Origin: Candidatus Bathyarchaeota archaeon B24-2
GTDB taxonomy: Archaea; Thermoproteota; Bathyarchaeia; Bathyarchaeales; B24-2
Reading direction: 5' to 3'
NCBI GenBank assembly: GCA_002490245.1
Contig: PCNA01000003.1
Span: 1-40,054 of the forward strand
Length of the DNA: 40,054 bases
The first letter of the stretch is position 1. The number at the start of each line of letters is the position of its first letter. The notes beneath the pieces were generated by a model, which saw only the letters and a list, made by a program, of their open reading frames with translations, did not search any database and had not been told where the DNA came from. Position numbers and translations under genes: made by a program. This document shows, in pieces, positions 36,057 to 40,054 of this stretch.

Positions 36057-36515
36057 TCATGATAAGATTTGTTTCGCTATCTCCATTCCGTATCGTCGAC
36101 AGGTTTTTGAGGTTTCCTCTTCGTCGTCGCCTGAAGCCCTTACGATTCCTGGAACGATCTTCATTTCATGGTGGAAGCCAAAGGCTAGCTCGAGCATTCT
36201 GATGCAGTCTTTTCCGTCTCTACGGGTTCCTGAGGAGGTGAAGCAACCTCCGACCTTACCTTTAAGCTGTTTGCCTCTATAGAGTTCTATCGATTCGTCG
36301 ATGAGCTTCTTTATCTGCCAAGCTACGTTGCTGAAGTAGGTCGGCGAACCCACGACTATTCCGTCTGCCTCGAGTAGGTCGCTTAACCCGCATTCCTCAA
36401 CCCTCTTCAACTCTACTTTGACCCCTAAGCTCTCGGCTCCCTTAGCGATTTCTTCAGCCATCCTCCCGGTATTACCCGTCCCCGTATAGTATACGATAAG
36501 CAGCTTCTTAGCCAT
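36057..36515 (-). CDS. Flavodoxin-like protein (short WrbA/flavodoxin family)
   Basis: YTGTGNT..MA, GSPTY and KVGG.FTS. Confidence 0.88.
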   Translation of the reverse strand: MAKKLLIVYYTGTGNTGRMAEEIAKGAESLGVKVELKRVEECGLSDLLEADGIVVGSPTYFSNVAWQIKKLIDESIELYRGKQLKGKVGGCFTSSGTRRDGKDCIRMLELAFGFHHEMKIVPGIVRASGDDEEETSKTCRRYGMEIAKQILS

Positions 36516-36578
36516 CTCGACACCTCAAGAATCCTATAATCCCACTCTAAATTTTTAAGGTTATTCCGCATATTTTAT

Positions 36579-38891
36579 TTGGGGTCGACTTTGTCGAGAA
36601 GGGCTTTAAGGGTCATTAAGGCCTTTTCTTCAAGTCTTAGACTCAAGATCCTTAACCTCCTTCTCCTTAGAGGACAGCTCTCCTACACCGAGATAATGAA
36701 CGAACTTAAGCTCAACCCCGTAAGAGACGCGGGCAGGTTCGCCTATCACCTTAAACTCCTGTTGGAGTCAGACCTTATAGAGCTAGACCCTTCGACGAAG
36801 AGGTACAGGCTTACGGACCTAGGACGCAGGGTGATAGACGTAACCGAAGATATAGAGTCTAAGGTCTCCCCACATAGAAGGATGCTTGTAAGGACCAGTA
36901 AGGCCTCACTCGAAGAGTTCGATAGGAATAAGATCGTGAATTCCCTAGTGAAAGAGGCGAACGTTCCCTTAGAGGAGGCGCAGAGGGTAGCTAGGGAAGC
37001 AGAGCGGCGACTACAAAGGTTTAAAACAAGGTACTTAACCGCTCCACTCATCCGGGAGGTGGTGAACGCCGTCCTCCTAGAGAGGGGACTCGAAGAGTAT
37101 AGACATAAGCTTACTAGGTTGGGGCTCCCAGTCTACGACGTAACAAACCTCATAAAATCGGCTAGCGGTAGAGGGGTAGACGTGGATTCCATCGTCCGCT
37201 CCGCAGGTGAAAAGGTCTTCGCAGAATACACCTTACTCAACGTGCTCCCAAGAGACGTCGCAGACGCCCATCTCTCAGGAACCTTTCACATAGAGAACCT
37301 AGGAAACTGGATTCTCAAGCCCGACGGCTTCGTTCACGACTTAAGGTTTCTCTTCAGGTATGGAATCAGATTCGCCGATACATACTCCACGAAAACGATT
37401 TACCCGCCGCCTAAAAGCTATGAAGGGGCGTTACAGAGCCTAGTTAAACTGGTCTACGTTACCGCTGGTGAAGTGGTCGGCGAGCAGGCTTTACCCCACT
37501 TCAACGTCTTCCTAGCTCCGTTCATTAAGGGATTGAAGGAAGAGGAGATCCTAGAAGGTGTAAGAGGTTTCTTGACTATGGTTAACGGTATACAGGCAGA
37601 GTCTGGACCCGGCGTCTTATCCATAGGGTTAGACCTCTCGATCCCAAAGAGTCTCGCCGAGGAGGAGGCATACGGTATGGGAGGTGAAGCCCTCGGCGGC
37701 TACGCGGAATTTACGGACGAGAGCCTAACGTTAGCCTCAGCCTTCATGGAAGCTTTCCTAGAGCACTATAAAGGAAAACCGGGGATAAACGTCATACCGA
37801 TAGTTAACCTCCAAAAGGAAAATCTAAACGGTGAAGACGGTCTCCTCTATAAGGCGCATGAATTAGCGGCTGAGACCTCACTTCCCTTGTTTGCTGATCA
37901 GTCTAAGAGCAGAGGAGACTTAGTGTACATGGCCTCCGGTGTTAGGTTTAACTGTGATTGGACGGGTGATTGGGAGTTAGATACCCTCAGAGTAGGAGTA
38001 CTCGGAAGGGTCGACTTAAACCTGCCTCGACTATACTACGATAGCAGGGAGGAGGGTAGAAGGTTTGAGGTTCTGTTGGACGAGAGAGTAGAGATGGCTA
38101 TACGCGCTCTCGAAATAAAGTATAGAGCGATAAACCAGAGAGGAGAGGAGGGAGTGATCCCCTTCCTGTTTCATACATGGTCAGGTGACCGATACTTTCA
38201 TCTCAGAAACTCTATTCGCGTGTTGAGCATAGTGGGCTTGAACGAGGTGATCGCAGCGATCTTAGATCGTGAACTTAAGTATGGAGCCGAGGAAGCCCAT
38301 TTAGCAGAGAGAATACTCAAGCAGACCGTTAAGAGAATCGAAGAAAACGCTGGAGTATACAACGCGCGGGTAAGACTCTCCGCCTATCCCCATCCAGAAG
38401 CCGCCGAAAGGCTAGCCCGCCTCGACGTTGAGAGGTATGGGTGGTCTAAGGTTAAAGTTCAAGGCGACAAGGAGCATCCCATCTATACAGACTCAGGTTT
38501 GATTCCATTCTCCTCAGACATACCCTTAAAGACCAGACTTAGGTTTGAAGGTTTAATTCAGAAATACACGGGTGGAGGCCACTTAGCGGTGATACAGCTG
38601 GAAGACGTACAACATGAACCCGAAGAACTACTCTCCGCAACTATCACAGCGATCAAGGACTTCAACCTCAACCTATTCACGTATAATCTGGAGTCAACTT
38701 ACTGTCTAGCCTGCGGGAATAAAAGCTATGGGTCCCCCTTTAAGTGTCCTAAATGCGGTTCGGCAGACACCCTGGTCTATTACAGTCGACTGTTCGATAG
38801 GTACCTCCCCTTAAAATATTGGACAGAGGTTAGAGCATATCATAGACGATTCTATAAAAAATACAAGTTGAAGTCAGAGATTAAAGGCTAA
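36579..38891 (+). CDS. Winged-HTH + ATP-cone + catalytically degenerate NrdD fusion protein
   Basis: ArsR-like HTH (LRLKIL.LL...LSYTEI...FAYHLK.L...LI...Y.LT..G), ATP-cone (VRTS...EEFDR.KI) and an NrdD body with CxxC...CxxC. The glycyl loop reads YSRLFDRY. Confidence 0.88.
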   Translation: MGSTLSRRALRVIKAFSSSLRLKILNLLLLRGQLSYTEIMNELKLNPVRDAGRFAYHLKLLLESDLIELDPSTKRYRLTDLGRRVIDVTEDIESKVSPHRRMLVRTSKASLEEFDRNKIVNSLVKEANVPLEEAQRVAREAERRLQRFKTRYLTAPLIREVVNAVLLERGLEEYRHKLTRLGLPVYDVTNLIKSASGRGVDVDSIVRSAGEKVFAEYTLLNVLPRDVADAHLSGTFHIENLGNWILKPDGFVHDLRFLFRYGIRFADTYSTKTIYPPPKSYEGALQSLVKLVYVTAGEVVGEQALPHFNVFLAPFIKGLKEEEILEGVRGFLTMVNGIQAESGPGVLSIGLDLSIPKSLAEEEAYGMGGEALGGYAEFTDESLTLASAFMEAFLEHYKGKPGINVIPIVNLQKENLNGEDGLLYKAHELAAETSLPLFADQSKSRGDLVYMASGVRFNCDWTGDWELDTLRVGVLGRVDLNLPRLYYDSREEGRRFEVLLDERVEMAIRALEIKYRAINQRGEEGVIPFLFHTWSGDRYFHLRNSIRVLSIVGLNEVIAAILDRELKYGAEEAHLAERILKQTVKRIEENAGVYNARVRLSAYPHPEAAERLARLDVERYGWSKVKVQGDKEHPIYTDSGLIPFSSDIPLKTRLRFEGLIQKYTGGGHLAVIQLEDVQHEPEELLSATITAIKDFNLNLFTYNLESTYCLACGNKSYGSPFKCPKCGSADTLVYYSRLFDRYLPLKYWTEVRAYHRRFYKKYKLKSEIKG

Positions 38892-38940
38892 AAAGGCGGA
38901 AACGAAGGGCGTTCAAGCGGTTTTTAATACTCAAGCTTTT

Positions 38941-39897
<957 letters not shown>

Positions 39898-39923
39898 TCA
39901 CTAAATAATTTTCGGGAGGGGAA

Positions 39924-40054
39924 ATGCCTGAGGAGCTGTTACGTGTTTCGAAGATAAAGAAGGGTACCGTGATAGACCATATCACCCATGGATACGCTTT
40001 GGACATCCTTAAGATACTTGGGATTACCGGACGTGAGAGCTCTGGGGTTATAAC
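39924..40054 (+). CDS. pyrI: Aspartate carbamoyltransferase regulatory subunit, N-terminal part (runs off the window)
   Basis: [23 protein letters not shown] matches the PyrI motif L.V..I..GTVIDHI; GGAGG RBS upstream. Confidence 0.9.
   Translation, partial: MPEELLRVSKIKKGTVIDHITHGYALDILKILGITGRESSGVI

Noticed and set aside
35903..36282. ORFs 35903..36202 and 36043..36282 (+)
   Set aside because: They are antisense to tRNA-Pro and the flavodoxin gene.
36579..38891. Second active ribonucleotide reductase, or simple pseudogene
   Set aside because: The catalytic Gly and Cys are missing, so it is unlikely to be active. The frame, metal site and fused HTH are intact, so it does not look like a decaying pseudogene.

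Overview
This is a gene-dense archaeal chromosomal segment. Gene content (Taw1, CarS, RadB, AcnX/UbiD mevalonate enzymes, UPF0147/UPF0148) suggests a TACK lineage such as Bathyarchaeia; this is an inference, not a search result. It holds about 40 CDS and one intron-less tRNA-Pro(UGG). No CRISPR array, transposase or integrase is visible. Housekeeping blocks include class III ribonucleotide reductase (nrdD-nrdG), taw1, thioredoxin, cooT-cooC, a MetE-like core enzyme, gcvT, topA, carS, radB, nth, archaeal mevalonate pathway genes, tmk, a two-subunit fumarate/tartrate hydratase, and pyrB/pyrI. Four observations stand out. (1) A 770-aa winged-HTH + ATP-cone + NrdD fusion has lost the glycyl-radical Gly and the active-site cysteines; it is a candidate nucleotide-sensing transcription factor built from a dead reductase. 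(2) An unannotated ~168-nt rod-shaped RNA at 958-1125 has about 68 bp with 11 G-U pairs, a candidate TATA box and a T-rich end. (3) A coupled three-radical-SAM operon resembles tetraether-lipid modifying enzymes (Grs/Gmm/Gms-like); it is followed by TauE genes and faces a divergent Cys-tailed Lrp regulator with a shared palindromic site. (4) Two proteins resemble eukaryotic OSTC/DC2 and proteasome chaperone PAC4. All family assignments come from motif recognition by eye.
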